Positions 48,136 to 60,245 of a stretch of 64,000 nt of DNA are shown piece by piece (within the stretch, counting starts at the first letter, position 1; each line of letters starts with the position of its first letter). This DNA is from Camelus dromedarius (Eukaryota): the NCBI RefSeq assembly GCF_036321535.1, contig NC_087439.1, positions 10,602,001 to 10,666,000 on the forward strand, written 5' to 3'. The notes below the pieces were generated by a model, which saw nothing but the letters and a program-made list of their open reading frames with translations, searched no databases and was not told the origin of the DNA. The translations under genes and the position numbers were made by a program.

Positions 48136-48694
48136 GGGAGAGCCGGAAGGGGTCTTGAGGCAAGAGGACTAAGGCAGAGGGGACACAGGTCTCCAGGCTA
48201 GGGTTGAGCAGTGACAAGGCCACTTATAAAACAGCATGATTAGAAGAGGCTTCCTGGCAGGAGTATGAGAAAGCCAAGTGCAAAGCCTGTTGAGTTTGGA
48301 GGACTGAGGACGGACAAATGTCCATCTGGCCGGTAGATCTGGCAAGCTGTCCGGCAGGGGAAGACTCTGAATGGAGTGATGGGCTGGGCAGTCATCAGGG
48401 CATTGAGCACACAGAAAAGCCTGCATCACCTGCAGCCACGAGGGTGGGGCTGGGGGCCTGGGGAGGCCTTCAGAAAGCCAGGGACACCTCCTGTGCACGG
48501 CTCCTGGACCAAAGTGGGCTCAGACTCCCCCCAGCCAGCAGCTCCTGCTGACATCTTCTCCTCCTTATCCCAGCTACCCTCCTGCCAACATTCTCCCCTT
48601 CACAAGTGGTGAAATGAAGCCACTGTTTGAGAATGAAATGAAGGGAACAACAGCCCTGGCTTCCTCTCCCGGGCCCCAGACACAGCATGTGGAA

Positions 48695-48850
48695 GACGGC
48701 TGAATTTGGAGCTCTGGCACTTAGGAGCAGCGTATAGTGTCAGGCAAATGACGTAACCTCTCTGTGCCTCCATTTCTCCACCTGTGAAATGGGACTTACA
48801 TTAGCACTTACCTCACAGGGTTGTTGTGAGTATTAAATGAATCTGAATAG
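48695..48850 (+). mobile_element. MIR
   Basis: aacctctctgtgcctccatttctccacctgtgaaatggg...cacagggttgttgtgagtattaaatga. Confidence 0.85.
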
Positions 48851-49611
48851 TGGTGGGTTTAGAATGGAGACTTGAAGCCAGGAAGTCACTGTTGACGTTA
48901 CTGTTATTAATATGGTTGTCGAGCTGGGATGGATGGCAGAGCCCAGAAGAGAGGCGACAGCTTTGGCTGACTGTGGGGGCAGCTGGGCTGCGGAGAGGAG
49001 AGCCGGCAGGATTTTTTAATGTCCTGCTCTGCCAAGCCTCTCCAGGTCTCCTCTGGCCTGGGTGGGTGGATCTCTTGTTCCCAGGGCCCATCCAGTGGCC
49101 CAGGCCAGGGCGCTGCTGCTGGGAAGGAAGCCACAGGGCACATTGTCTCTCAGGGTTGTGGACAGCTGCCGGCTTGTTCAGACTGTTCTGACTCCCCACA
49201 GTTCCCGTCCTGGCTGGAGAGACCCTCCCCAACACTGGGGTGGCCTGACTTTCTTCTATCCTTGGGTGTAGGGTGAGGGGCAGCCCTTCACATGGGCTCC
49301 ACCCAGTGGTCACCCTTCACTCGACCCAGGTTGCAGGACTCCTTGGCCCAGTTTCCAGAAGGTCCGCAAGTGAGGGGAATGAATGGTGATCATTTCAGTG
49401 GCGTGGGGAGGACACTTGGGGCTAGACAGACTCATCTGGGCGCTACTGGAGTCCCATGACTATGGCTATCGCCCCTGGCACCCTCACACCCTCGGCACTA
49501 ATAGGGCTAAGAATACGGAGGGGCCATGCAGGCCAGCCCCTCCGCCCTTTCAGAGGAAGCCTGGCTTCCTAGGTTTGGTCGGAGGGCTTAGTCGGTAATT
49601 TGGGTATGCTG

Positions 49612-49625
49612 CCACCAGGTGGCTC
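49612..49625 (+). promoter_or_regulatory. CTCF core motif
   Basis: CCACCAGGTGGCTC, inside the dyad GCCACC-A-GGTGGC. Confidence 0.55.
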
Positions 49626-50689
49626 CCCTTTAAAGTCTCTACCTCCTCAACCACTGAGCAAGCCTTGGATTCTTCTGGGCTCCCCACAACCACCACCCCT
49701 GCCCCAGGAGAGAGCGGGTGGGGTTTCCATCCTTACTCAGGCCAGCCGCACATGGGCGCATGAGCTCCGGGCCTCCTCTGCCCGGGGGTCTTCTAACCCC
49801 TTCTCCTGCCCTTGTGTCTCCCCAGATCTGTGGCCCTACCTACCCCGCTCATCGCAGCCCAGGTTTTTCTAGCCTTAAATAATCAGGACCTCCATTCTGC
49901 TCCTGCCAGGTGCCCATCGCCCTCAGCCTCTTCCTGATCCTGCTGTTCAGCTGAGCCTTCTTCGAGAAGGTTCCTCTGCTCCTGGCCAACACCATGAACC
50001 AGCGCCCTCCCCTCCATCCTCTGTCTCCAGAACCCCTACTTCTCTCCTTCTCTGCTTGTCCCATGGAGCTCCCCCTGCCAAGACTCAGTTCTGAAAGTCC
50101 ACTGAGAGGTCAGGAGGCAGGCTCAATAAATATTTGCCAGAATGAAAGACCGAGTGAGGGAGCAAGTGAATAAATGGGTGCGCTCACCGGGGCAATGAAT
50201 GATCACGAGGCACCTACTACGTGCCAGGCCCGTGCTGAGCAACGAAGGGACTGCACAGATGAAGAACTGGCTGTGTGCGTAAATGGGGGCTGAGAGACGG
50301 AACCCAAGGACGAGTGCAGAAACGGGGCCACGGCACTGGGTCGGTGGTAGGTGGGTGAGTAAGAGACTTGGGGGCTGGGGCTTGGGCTGGGGTACTGAGT
50401 GTCTCCCTTAGGTATTGGAGAGGAACCAGGTCACTTGACCTGGGGCCGACAGCGGCTGTGCTCCCGGCAGGACCCAGACCAAAACAGATGACTCATTCAT
50501 GCAGGGCCTTGGTCAGACAGCTGCTGTGGGTGGGGAGCGGGGCAGAGGGGGCTGCTGGAGACAGGAGCCAAAATCACGTTAAGGGAGGGGGCCCTGGGGA
50601 GCCGAGACAGGGTCAAAACAGGCCCTGCCCAGATGGGGCCAGAGCGGATGGAGAGGAAAATCCTGGGGATCCGTCCCAGAAAGAGCCGT

Positions 50690-50880
50690 GACTCATTTAT
50701 TGAGCATCTACTAGTGCTCCTCGTGGGAGCCCGGATGCCGCTAAGTCAGCCCTGTTCCCCAGCAACCATGAGAAGGTTAACCTCACCTTGCAAGAACGGA
50801 AATAAGGAACATAGGGGAGATGACTGGCTCGAGGGCTCACAGCTGCGAGGGGCAGAGTCAAGACTGACTCGGGTCCTTTT
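50690..50880 (-). mobile_element. MIR
   Basis: tcatttattgagcatctactagtg...cagcaaccatgagaagg...ctcacagctgcgaggggcagag. Confidence 0.6.
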
Positions 50881-51499
50881 GCGCCTCGGCTTAAACATGC
50901 ATTCTTAGCGACACCCCAAGGAGACACCAGCCACCAGGTAGCAAACGTTGGAGGAAGGCGGGCATGCAGGGCAGCTTCCCAGGCACCTGCAGGCGGTGAG
51001 CCAGCAGGGAGTAGCTGGTTAGACCCAGGGGGAGGGAGGCTTGGCATCTGGGGGCACAGGGCTTTGGTCAGGGATGGCACTCCTTCTGGGCACTCACAGA
51101 CAAATGTTTTCCCGTCGCTGAACCTGAGCCTCCTTGTCTCTCAGAGGAAGAACATATGATTCCAGAGCGACCTTCTGACACCAGGACAGGCTGCGGTCAG
51201 CAGAAAAATGCCTGCCTGCCTGTTGTACCGGGCACTCCACAGGGGGCATTTGTGCTGACCTTTGGTCCATCTAGCTGGTGGACACCAACTGCCCAGAGTC
51301 TGGGAGGTTTGGTGAGCCAGTAATAATTATGATACTCAATTATAAGTGACCAACACTTTATCATTTATGAGGCATTTCTTATCCAGTATCTGCTTTCAGA
51401 CAGGGCAGCTTGGGCAAATATCACCATCTCCAGGTTACAGACAAGAGAGTTGGGGGGAGGGAGGAAGAGGACCAGTACTTCCCAGAGCTGAGCTCAGTT

Positions 51500-51660
51500 C
51501 TGGCAGTTCACCTCTTCACCTTCCTAATAGCTCTAAAGGGGAAGTATCAAGCCCCCATTTTACAGATGAGGATACTGAGGGTGAGAGTGGTTAACTGCCT
51601 CATCCCAAGTCACACATCTCATCAGAGGCTCAACTTGATTCAAACACAGACCCTTTGAAT
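51500..51660 (-). mobile_element. MIR
   Basis: cccccattttacagatgaggatactgagg. Confidence 0.75.
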
Positions 51661-52079
51661 GGAGAAGAAAACTGGGAGTAACGTGCTGTGCCCTGGCCTG
51701 AGGCCACAGTTTCTTCGTTTCTGGGATGAGATGGGTGGACAAGGTGACTTCATCTTTGAGGATCCCTCAGCTCTGACAGTTGAGGGGTCTGTGAACCTAA
51801 CATGGAAAGAGCACCAAACATTGGGTCTCCCAAGCCAGTAGGCTAACCTGGAGCAAGCCAGGTCCTTCTTGGGTGCCAGTGTTCCCAGCTGCAGGGTGTT
51901 GGGGTGGCTCCAGTTAGCAGGTGTGGCCAGGGTAGACGCAGATGAGACTGGAGGGGCACTACCCAGCCAGGGGCCTACCTGCAGTCCCCAGGAACACGTG
52001 ATGCCAAGGCTTTGGGGACCCAAGACCTGATTCCCAAGATTAAGTGGCTCAGGGGGAGCCTCTGGGGCTCTCCCACCCG

Positions 52080-52560
52080 AGGCTAATTTATTGTGATGCA
52101 AAAATCAGGCTCCAGAGCGGCGGGAAGTAGAGCTGAGAGCCAAGNNNNNNNNNNNNNNNNNNNNNNNNNNNNNNNNNNNNNNNNNNNNNNNNNNNNNNNN
52201 NNNNNNNNNNNNNNNNNNNNNNNNNNNNNNNNNNNNNNNNNNNNNNNNNNNNNNNNNNNNNNNNNNNNNNNNNNNNNNNNNNNNNNNNNNNNNNNNNNNN
52301 NNNNNNNNNNNNNNNNNNNNNNNNNNNNNNNNNNNNNNNNAAAGGCAGGCCCCCAGAGAGGCCCAACACGCTCCACTCCCAGGAGAGGGGAGCAGCGCGC
52401 GCCCCCGTCAGAAGCCCCGGACCTCAGGGCGGCCTCGGCCCCAGTCGGGGCCCGGATTCCGGGAGGGAATTGGGTCACACGGGGACGGTACCCACCCTGG
52501 CCCCACTGGCCCTCAGGGAGTAATAACGGCCATTGTTTCTGGGGCACACCACCCCGAAAC
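52080..52560. promoter_or_regulatory. CpG-island-like region with central gap
   Basis: CpG/GC-rich flanks around the N run. Confidence 0.55.
52145..52340. other. Assembly gap
   Basis: N run. Confidence 1.
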
Positions 52561-52651
52561 ATCCCTCTTCCCACTTTGAAAAGGGAGAGATGAGTTTAAG
52601 CAACTTGCCCAAGTTCACAGAACAGAGTCAGGACTGACAATGCGGGTTCCT

Positions 52652-52790
52652 GGAAGAGGGCATAGCTCAGTGGTAGAGGGCGTAATGTCCTGGGCTCAGT
52701 CCCCAGTACTTCTGTTAAATAAATGAATAAACTTAATTACCCCTCCCCCCCAACAAAAATAAATAAATAGCTAAATTAAAAAAAAAAAAG
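52652..52790 (+). mobile_element. Vic-1 SINE with anticodon-arm deletion
   Basis: gggcatagctcagtggtagagggcg-taatgtcctgggctcagtccccag, CTTAATTACCC module, A tail; inside a MIR. Confidence 0.85.
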
Positions 52791-54489
52791 AACTCAGGTT
52801 CCCATCCAGCACCTTGTTTTTAACCACAGCACAGAGGCAGAAAAGTCCTGTGCACAGAGGCAGCTGACTTGCTGTGTGACCCTAGATAAGTAGCTTTACC
52901 TGTCTGGGCTTCAGTTTTTTCACCTGCAAAATGGGGGTGACAGCCAGGTCTGCCCTGATGACCTCAAAGTTATGACCCCCAAAAAGATCCAGTAGGGGCC
53001 TGTGCAGGGCAGACAGAGGTATCTCAGCTCCCTTCCCGGTGACATCCTCACGACAGGGGCTGCAGTTGCCAGGCTGGCTCAGCTCTCCCCTTGCAGGGGC
53101 CTTGAGCAAGTGACTTCATGCTCTGTGGAGTGAGGGGTGAGGGCTCGGTCAGTTTGAAGGAGACCCTGGAGGATCCTGGATGAGGCTTGGGCTTTGGGCG
53201 GACCCAGGTCCTTCCTATCCCAGCCCCATGGCTTGGGGCAATGGGTCGTTTCTTTCTCCGAGCCTCAGCCTGCTGACTGTGCCTGCCACACGAGCACCGG
53301 GGACCACCTTGGAGGGAAAGCATCTGGCTCAGAGTCTTGCCCGAGGGTGGCATCCAGACAAGGGCACCCCTTCTAGCCCCCATCCCTCGGCAGGAGACCT
53401 CACTGCCCCATCCTACTGGGTGTTGCTTGGGGACACCCACGCAACCTGTCTCCATCCTCAGGCCCAGAGAGTGGGCCCATCCCCTGGGAGCACGTGCTTG
53501 TGCCCTCACTTGGGGCTCAGGGGCAAGGGTGCCATCTCGGGCCCCCTTCTCCCAAGGCCAACATGGTCCCAGGCCACAGTAAGCACCTGACTCTCCCTAA
53601 GCGTGTGTTTTCTGAGCAGTTTTCATGTCTCCTTGAAACTTTAAAATCTGCCCCCTAACACACACGCACATTTTATTTAGTCCTTGAGCTGATGGGTCAT
53701 GGGGAGTGGAGATCCCAAGAGTCTCAGCCACGTGGGAAAGCTGGGCCGTGCGGCCCAGGTCGTGGTGACCACAGAAGGCAATGACCTTGGCCAGCTGTGG
53801 CCAGGGCCTTTGTTTTTGCAAACAGCTGTGCCTGACGGTGGTGGTGTCACAGACGGGATGCTCTTGAACAGGCAGCAGGCTGGAAGGGCAGCCCACAGAG
53901 CAAGACGCCCCAGCCCCTGTCCTGTTCATCCCGTCCTCCCCAGGTCCCCACCCTCCAGACACTTTCCATCAGGGACTCCGGCAGAGCTGCTGTGGAGTTG
54001 CTGGGTGTCAACGCTTTGCCCCTCATGGGCCAGGGACGGATAAGCAGGGCCATTTGTGCTCTCTGCAGTGAGGGGGACTCTGGGCAGCATTCAGAGTGCC
54101 CAACTCTGACCTGTCGCCTTTGGCGGTGACTGAGGCTTCTAGATTCACAGCCTCCTCTACTGCGTCCTTCCAGAGCCCTCGGTCAAATCATCGGCTTCCT
54201 CACCAGGCTTAGCACTGGGCTGCAGTCCTGCCTGGCTGCACCAGGATCCTGGGGCCTGCCGCTTCCTTCTGGATAAGCCTCTCTGCTCGGCACCCTGGCT
54301 GGGTGGTCTCGGCTCTTCCTTGCCCTGGGAGACAGTATGAGGCAAGCAGGCCAGTGTCTGTGCCCAGCACACGTCCCGGGGGAGACAGGGGAGCTCAGGG
54401 GCATGTTGCTGTTGGCTAGTCCTTCAGAGGAAACCAAATCATGGTTAACGGCCAGGGGGGTGAGGGGTGGGGGCACACTTGGCAGGGGG

Positions 54490-54770
54490 AGGGTGCACAA
54501 GGAGAGACCTGAAGGAGGGGAGGGGCGGGGATCTGGGAGGTGGGCATTCCAGGCAGAGGGAACAGCAAGCACGAAGGCTCTGAAAGGGTTGAGCGGTGGG
54601 TGGGTTTGAGAACCAGCAAAGAGGGGGCCTGGTGGCCGGACAGAGAGCGCAAGGGAGTGCCTATGGGGAGAGGAGAGTGGGGGGCGGCAGGGCACGTGAG
54701 GTGGGGTCACACAGGCCACTGCAGAACTTGAGACCGTGTCCTAAGCAGGGTAGAAGTCACCGGAGGGGGC
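54490..54770 (-). mobile_element. L2 fragment
   Basis: gcattccaggcagagggaacagcaagcacgaaggc. Confidence 0.75.
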
Positions 54771-54904
54771 CTCTCCCTCCCACGGGCAGAAGCTCAGACA
54801 CAACCACGTTCCGTAGTGGAGCTCCTGCTTGGTGCTGGGCTGGGTTTCAGCTCTGATCCCAAAACCGTCCTGAGAGGTCGGAAATTGTGATTCTGTGATT
54901 CTGA

Positions 54905-54995
54905 TTCAGCTCATTTACAGATGAGGAAACCGAGGCTCCAAAAGATTGTGTCACTTTCCTAAGCTCCTGAATCTTGAACCCCCAGACTGGGTGAC
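54905..54995 (-). mobile_element. MIR fragment
   Basis: catttacagatgaggaaaccgaggctc. Confidence 0.75.
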
Positions 54996-56674
54996 CTCAG
55001 AGCTACCTCTCACCAGGCTGGGAGCTGGGGCGTGGGGACTGGGCTGGGCAGCCCAGACAGGAAGCCACCCCGAAAGCAGTCCAGGGAGGGGGCTGTCAGC
55101 CAAAAACTCAGACTGGCCCTTGTCCCTCCCACACATAGGACAGAGAGATGGGACAGGAGCAATCACAATTACACCCAGAGGGATTGGGTTCAAGGGTGCC
55201 TGGCCCCCGCCAATTCCTCTCTGCCAGAACCCAGTGCTGGGGATTGGGGTGCATGGTCCACCTCTGGACTCTCAGAGGCCTCTTGAGCCACTGCCACGCC
55301 TCAGGGATGTGCCAGAGCAGGGGGTCTGCCTGACCCCGGGCCGGTCTGTGCTGCCCACGGTCTCCACGGGAAGAGCCAATTCCCAGCAAGTGTGACATTC
55401 AAAGTGTTTAATACCTAGGGAAGTTACACAAATTAAAATATCCACATAAAGCTTTAAAATATTTTCCCTTTTACTTGCCAAACGCACTATACCGACCACC
55501 AACCCTGCTTACCAAGTGATGCAACTTACAATGTAGATTGCTCACCAAATCAATCTGAGCTTCCCTTCACATGCTCCCCAGGTCTTTGGTTGGCTACAGC
55601 TGTCACCAGATGAACAATGTCTGAGCCTCAATCTGACCCAGGGACCCTCATCTAACACTTCCACCACATCAGGCTAAGAGTCTTTAGAGCCCAGGTGGTC
55701 AGCACACCTGGATGCCAGAGCTTCCCACATGGCCTAGACACAGAGAGCCTGCTGTGGACCTCGCCAACAACCCGCCATCGAGGCTGCCTGAGCTCGCACC
55801 TGCTCCACTGGAAGAGGCCACCCACCGCTTGCAGCTGGCCTGCCCCTCAGCCCCCTCAGCAGCCCTGACGCCCCTCCAGTTCTGTTACCCACCAGCAGTG
55901 GCCGCTGACAATGCCATTCAGTGACTTGTGGGGTCGCTATGTAGACAAGGGCTTTATACCAACCAGTTTGGAAACAGTAAGGTTTGATTTTTCAGCAGCT
56001 GATCTGAGTACAGCATGCAATCATGTCCATAGCCCAGGCCAGGCCCCCACCCCACAGATACCCCATGGCTGGGAATTCCATGTGATGGGGGTGTTTCAGG
56101 CAAACCCTTCCCCCTAGGGTTGGGATGTGCAATAAATCACCTACTGGACCTCCAGGGGTCCTGGAAGGAAGGAGGGACAACTGACTTTGGCAAGATCCTG
56201 ACTTGCCTTCCTGCCATCAGTCCTGGGGTGACAGCCCCAGGGAGGCTGCTTCCCCTGCAGAGCCACGCGGCTCTCCTGCTGCTGCTGCACCATTCACACG
56301 GACGGCTGGTGTCTAGACAGCCCCAGGTGGGCCTCCCACAAAGCCCCCCAGCTCTCCTCTGCCTTCCGGCTGTCTGGGAGGTTGGAGGTCAGCCATTGGC
56401 CGATCAGCTGTGGAGGCTTCCAGAGTGGGGAATCAGGAGGGGCTGGAGAGCATCTTGTTGGGCTCCCCCTGCCACCAATGGGCAGCCTGAGGCCCAGGAG
56501 GGGTAGCTCTCTCCTCCAGTGTCAGATTTGGAAGTCCTCAGGTGCAGTTTAAATCGTCAGCATGTATACTCAGGGCTCTGATGATCCAAATGCCCCCAGC
56601 TCTGGCATTTGCTGACCACGTGGCTTTGGACAGACTAGCACACCTCTCTGACCTTCTCCTTCCTCATCCTTTCT

Positions 56675-56900
56675 TTGGTAATATACAATGAGTCCTACTA
56701 CGGGTTCTGGGGGGCACCAATGTGCACAGACAAATAATAGATGCATAGATTAAAGAGCAAAGCCCTGACTTCTTGGTGCTTTCAATCAGGGTGGAGCAGG
56801 ACGAGCAGAAAGCTGAGCAACAAATAAATATAAATGTACTGCAAAGAATGCTGCTTCCCATGGGGGTGGAAAAGCAAGCGAGGTGAGTGTAGGGAGTAAG
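56675..56900 (-). mobile_element. L2 3' fragment
   Basis: atgagtcctactac...aaagccctgacttcttggtgctttcaatc...caacaaataaatat. Confidence 0.5.
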
Positions 56901-57086
56901 AAAAGGGGCAGGAACTGCACTAGATGTTGCACAGGAAAGTCACAGGGTCAACTTCCTCATGTGCAGTGAGGATTTAGGGCAAGAATTTGCCTGAGGCCAC
57001 CCCGCCAAGAAAGTAGCACGACACCGGAAACTCGGCCCTGCCCCGCCCGGCTGACCCATTCACCAGCCTGGGCAGCGGGCACCAGG

Positions 57087-57292
57087 TCAGGTTGCTAGGT
57101 TTAGCAAATAAAAATACAAGACACCCAGTTAAATTTGAAATGCAGGTAAACAATGAGCAAATTTCCAAAACAATGAGCAAAATCACATGAAATATTTGGG
57201 ATATATATATATATATATATACTAAAAATTACTTGTAGCTTATTTGAAATTCACATTTAACTGGGTACTCTGTATTTTATCTGGCAACCCTA
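57087..57292. mobile_element. MER53 palindromic hAT MITE
   Basis: ggttgctaggtttagcaaataaaaatacaagacacccagttaaatttgaa with its inverted copy ending ctggcaacccta; perfect 8-bp TSD GCACCAGG (57079-57086/57293-57300). Confidence 0.9.
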
Positions 57293-58134
57293 GCACCAGG
57301 GCCAAGGTGAAAACTTAAGCAGAAAAAAGGGCCACTCCACACTCCCACTCCTCCTTCTAGGCTCTGGAAGCCCCAGCTGTACCAGCCTCCCTGGTCCCAC
57401 TCCCTGCCAGAGCCCTACCTAACCAGGTGCTCTCGGAACACACAAGATCTTTGTTGACGAAGCCACTGACCACTGCTGGGTTTTATCCAAGGTTTAAATA
57501 TGTTGATTTGGCCTCCTGGGTGGTGCCAGGGTCTTTTCCTGGAGTCGTAGGACCTGGTCCCTGTGATATGACTACCTGGAATAGGTCCCTGGCCTCTCTG
57601 AGCCTCTGTTACCCATCCTACTTGGGTTCCATTTCTTTCAGGAAGTATGTCCCGAGTGCCTACCATGTGCCAGGCACTATATGGAGCTCTGTGAGTTCAA
57701 AGATAAGTTAGATGCACCTCTGGAGGGGCAATAACAGGGCAACTGAGGGAGATGAGAACTGTCCAGGAAGCGGGAGGTCTAGGGCAAAGTGTTTGGTGGC
57801 TGGATAAGACAGTGACTAAAAGCATAGGCTGCAAGCCCCAGTCCTGTTCCTTACACTGTGTGATCCCAGGCAGCTTAACTAACCTCTCTGATGTCTTAAA
57901 TCCAATCTGTGAAGTCAGCATTTTTTCCTCTGTACATTCTGTATTATTCTAACTGTTTTAGGTATGCTATCAAAATTTGGTTTGCTTTCATCATAACAGT
58001 GGGTGGTGGTGAGTAAGAAGAAAAGGAGAGAGATATATGACTGTAAGTTTTATAACCCTCTATCGTCATTAACTTGAAAGTAGGTAACAAGTGACTGTTT
58101 AGTACAGTAATGAGCCCTCTGCCTGCAACCTGAG

Positions 58135-58258
58135 ATAGGACAGCGTGGTCAGAAGCAGTGTGTATCTGGGGATGAATCCCAGCTCCACCACTTCCTCAGC
58201 TGTATGACCTTGGACAAGTCACTTCATGTTTCTGTGCCTCAGTTTTCCTCCTGAACAC
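58135..58258 (+). mobile_element. MIR
   Basis: gaatcccagctccaccacttcctcagctgtatgaccttggacaagtcactt. Confidence 0.85.
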
Positions 58259-58309
58259 TGGCAGCCAGGCCTTTGCCATCCAGAGAAGACATCACAAGAA
58301 TCTTCTCTG

Positions 58310-58536
58310 GAGATTTGCAAATGTTAACCACTGTACATAAAAATAGATAAACAACAAATTTCTTCTGTATCGCATAGGGAACTATATTCAATCTCTTGTA
58401 ATACCTTTAATGAAAAAGAATATGAAAATGAATATATGTATATATATGCATGACTGGGATAGTATGCTGTATACCAAAAATTAACACATTGTAATTGATG
58501 ATGCTTCAATAAACAAACAACAACAACAAAAACAAA
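58310..58536 (+). mobile_element. 5'-truncated camelid L1 3' end
   Basis: agatttgcaaatgttaaccactg...agggaactatattcaatc, (CAA)-type tail, TSD AAGAATCTTCTCTG (58296-58309/58537-58550). Confidence 0.9.
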
Positions 58537-58789
58537 AAGAATCTTCTCTGTAGAATCTGAAGAAGAAAGACTCAAGTTTCTGCCAAATGGTACATCTAAT
58601 CACACGATGCACAAAACCACACCAGTGAGCTCTGAGCCTCTGCCCAGCTCTGTGGTTCCTCATCTTAAATATGAGGATTCCAGACACCTGGGAACAGCCT
58701 TTACAGGAAAAGTCACCAAAACAAGCAATGGGTGAAGGAGGCAAGCTGGCAGGGAAAAGAAAACACCAAGGAACCACCATTAATACTCT

Positions 58790-60245
58790 CAGGGGGAGGG
58801 CGGGGGTAAGAGATTCTATTACATCCCAGAAACAAGAAGAAGATGTCTTACAAAAGGAACATTCAGAGAACAGAAAAATTGCTCTTAGAAATTAAAACCA
58901 TGGGGGCAGAAGTTAGAAAATCACGTGAAAGGATTTCACTAGAACATAGAGCACAAAGATGAAAGATAGAAGGTGTAAAAGAAAGAAAAAGTGAAGTCTA
59001 ACCACAAGACCTTTGAATAATAGGCATTCCAGAAAGAAGGTAGGAAATGAAGGGGAGGAAATTGACACTGAAATAATTCAAGAAAATTCTCCAGAACTAA
59101 AGAACAACATGAGTTCTGTGGGAGGGGGGGAATCCCAACCCAATAAATGAGAATAGACCTACCCAAGGTGCATTAATTGGATATTCTGAATACTGGGACA
59201 AAGAAAAGAGCTTCTCTTTTTAAGAGAAAGAAAAAAAAAATAGTCTCATAGGAAAAATTAGGAATATGTTGGCTTCAGTCTCCTCAACTCCTTTGGAAGC
59301 CAAAACACAAAGGAGTCAAGTCTTCAAAAGTCTGAAGGAAAAGTAGTTCCCACCCAGAATTTCATACCTAAGCAAACCACCAATTAAGAGCTGGGCCATG
59401 TTTTAGCCATGTAGGGTTTCAGAAAGTTTACTGACAATGCATGCTTTCTTGGAAGCTACAGGAAGATGTGCTCCACTAAAAAGAGGGAGTAAATTGAGAA
59501 GAAGGAAGAGGTGGAATTCAGGAAACAAAAGGAAAGAAGCAAAGGAGTCCCCAAGGATGATGAAGAAGGGAGGAAGCAGACCGGGCTGGGGCAGGGTGCT
59601 GGGTACCTGCGGACACGGCAGCCAGGCCAGCTCACACTGATGGAACTGGCAGAGCATCTGATGTGAATGAACATCGTGGGATGAGATTTGGACGATTAGT
59701 ACTTTGAAAACAAACACTGAGAAAGAAAGAAAGACAGAGACAGAGAGTGACAGAGAGAGAAGTAGAGAGACAGAGCATTATTAACACCAGGGAAACCAGT
59801 AAGTTGCTCAGTAAAGGAAAAGTATTCAGAATGTTCTGCATTGTTCAGGTCTAACTAGTGTTCCTAGTTATGGTAATTTAATTTGTAGTACTAATTTCTA
59901 AGCACAAGAGCTCTATGTTGAGGACAGGGCGGGATGTGTGTCTGTGAGTGATGAGCACGTTACGTGCACTAAGGTAAGAAGAGAGAGCTAAACTTTCAAC
60001 TTGCATGGCGGGAAGTTAATAGAAGACGGTTAAGCTGAAAAAGCAAGAACTGACCTGCATCTATGGTGTTTAGAGGTGGGAATAAGTGGCAAAAGAACGA
60101 GTTTAAATAGCTGAAGTAGACACCTTTAGGCAAAGGCAAGTCTAGCATTACTGATTTTCCATAACAAGCCTCATAAAACTGGTTGATGCTAAATTATGCA
60201 TGTGTATGACATTGATTTAAAAAGATGAAACAAAACAAGAAAGGG
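58790..60245 (+). mobile_element. HAL1 (half-L1) element
   Basis: Degenerate L1 ORF1-like sequence (ataggcattccagaaag, gaaataattcaagaaaattctccagaactaa) followed by a HAL1-like 3' region (gagagctaaac, aacaagcctc...ttatgcatgtgtatgac). Confidence 0.7.

Noticed and set aside
56664-56861. Hydrophobic, Cys-rich small ORF
   Set aside because: Lies on an L2 3' remnant; the composition comes from the repeat.
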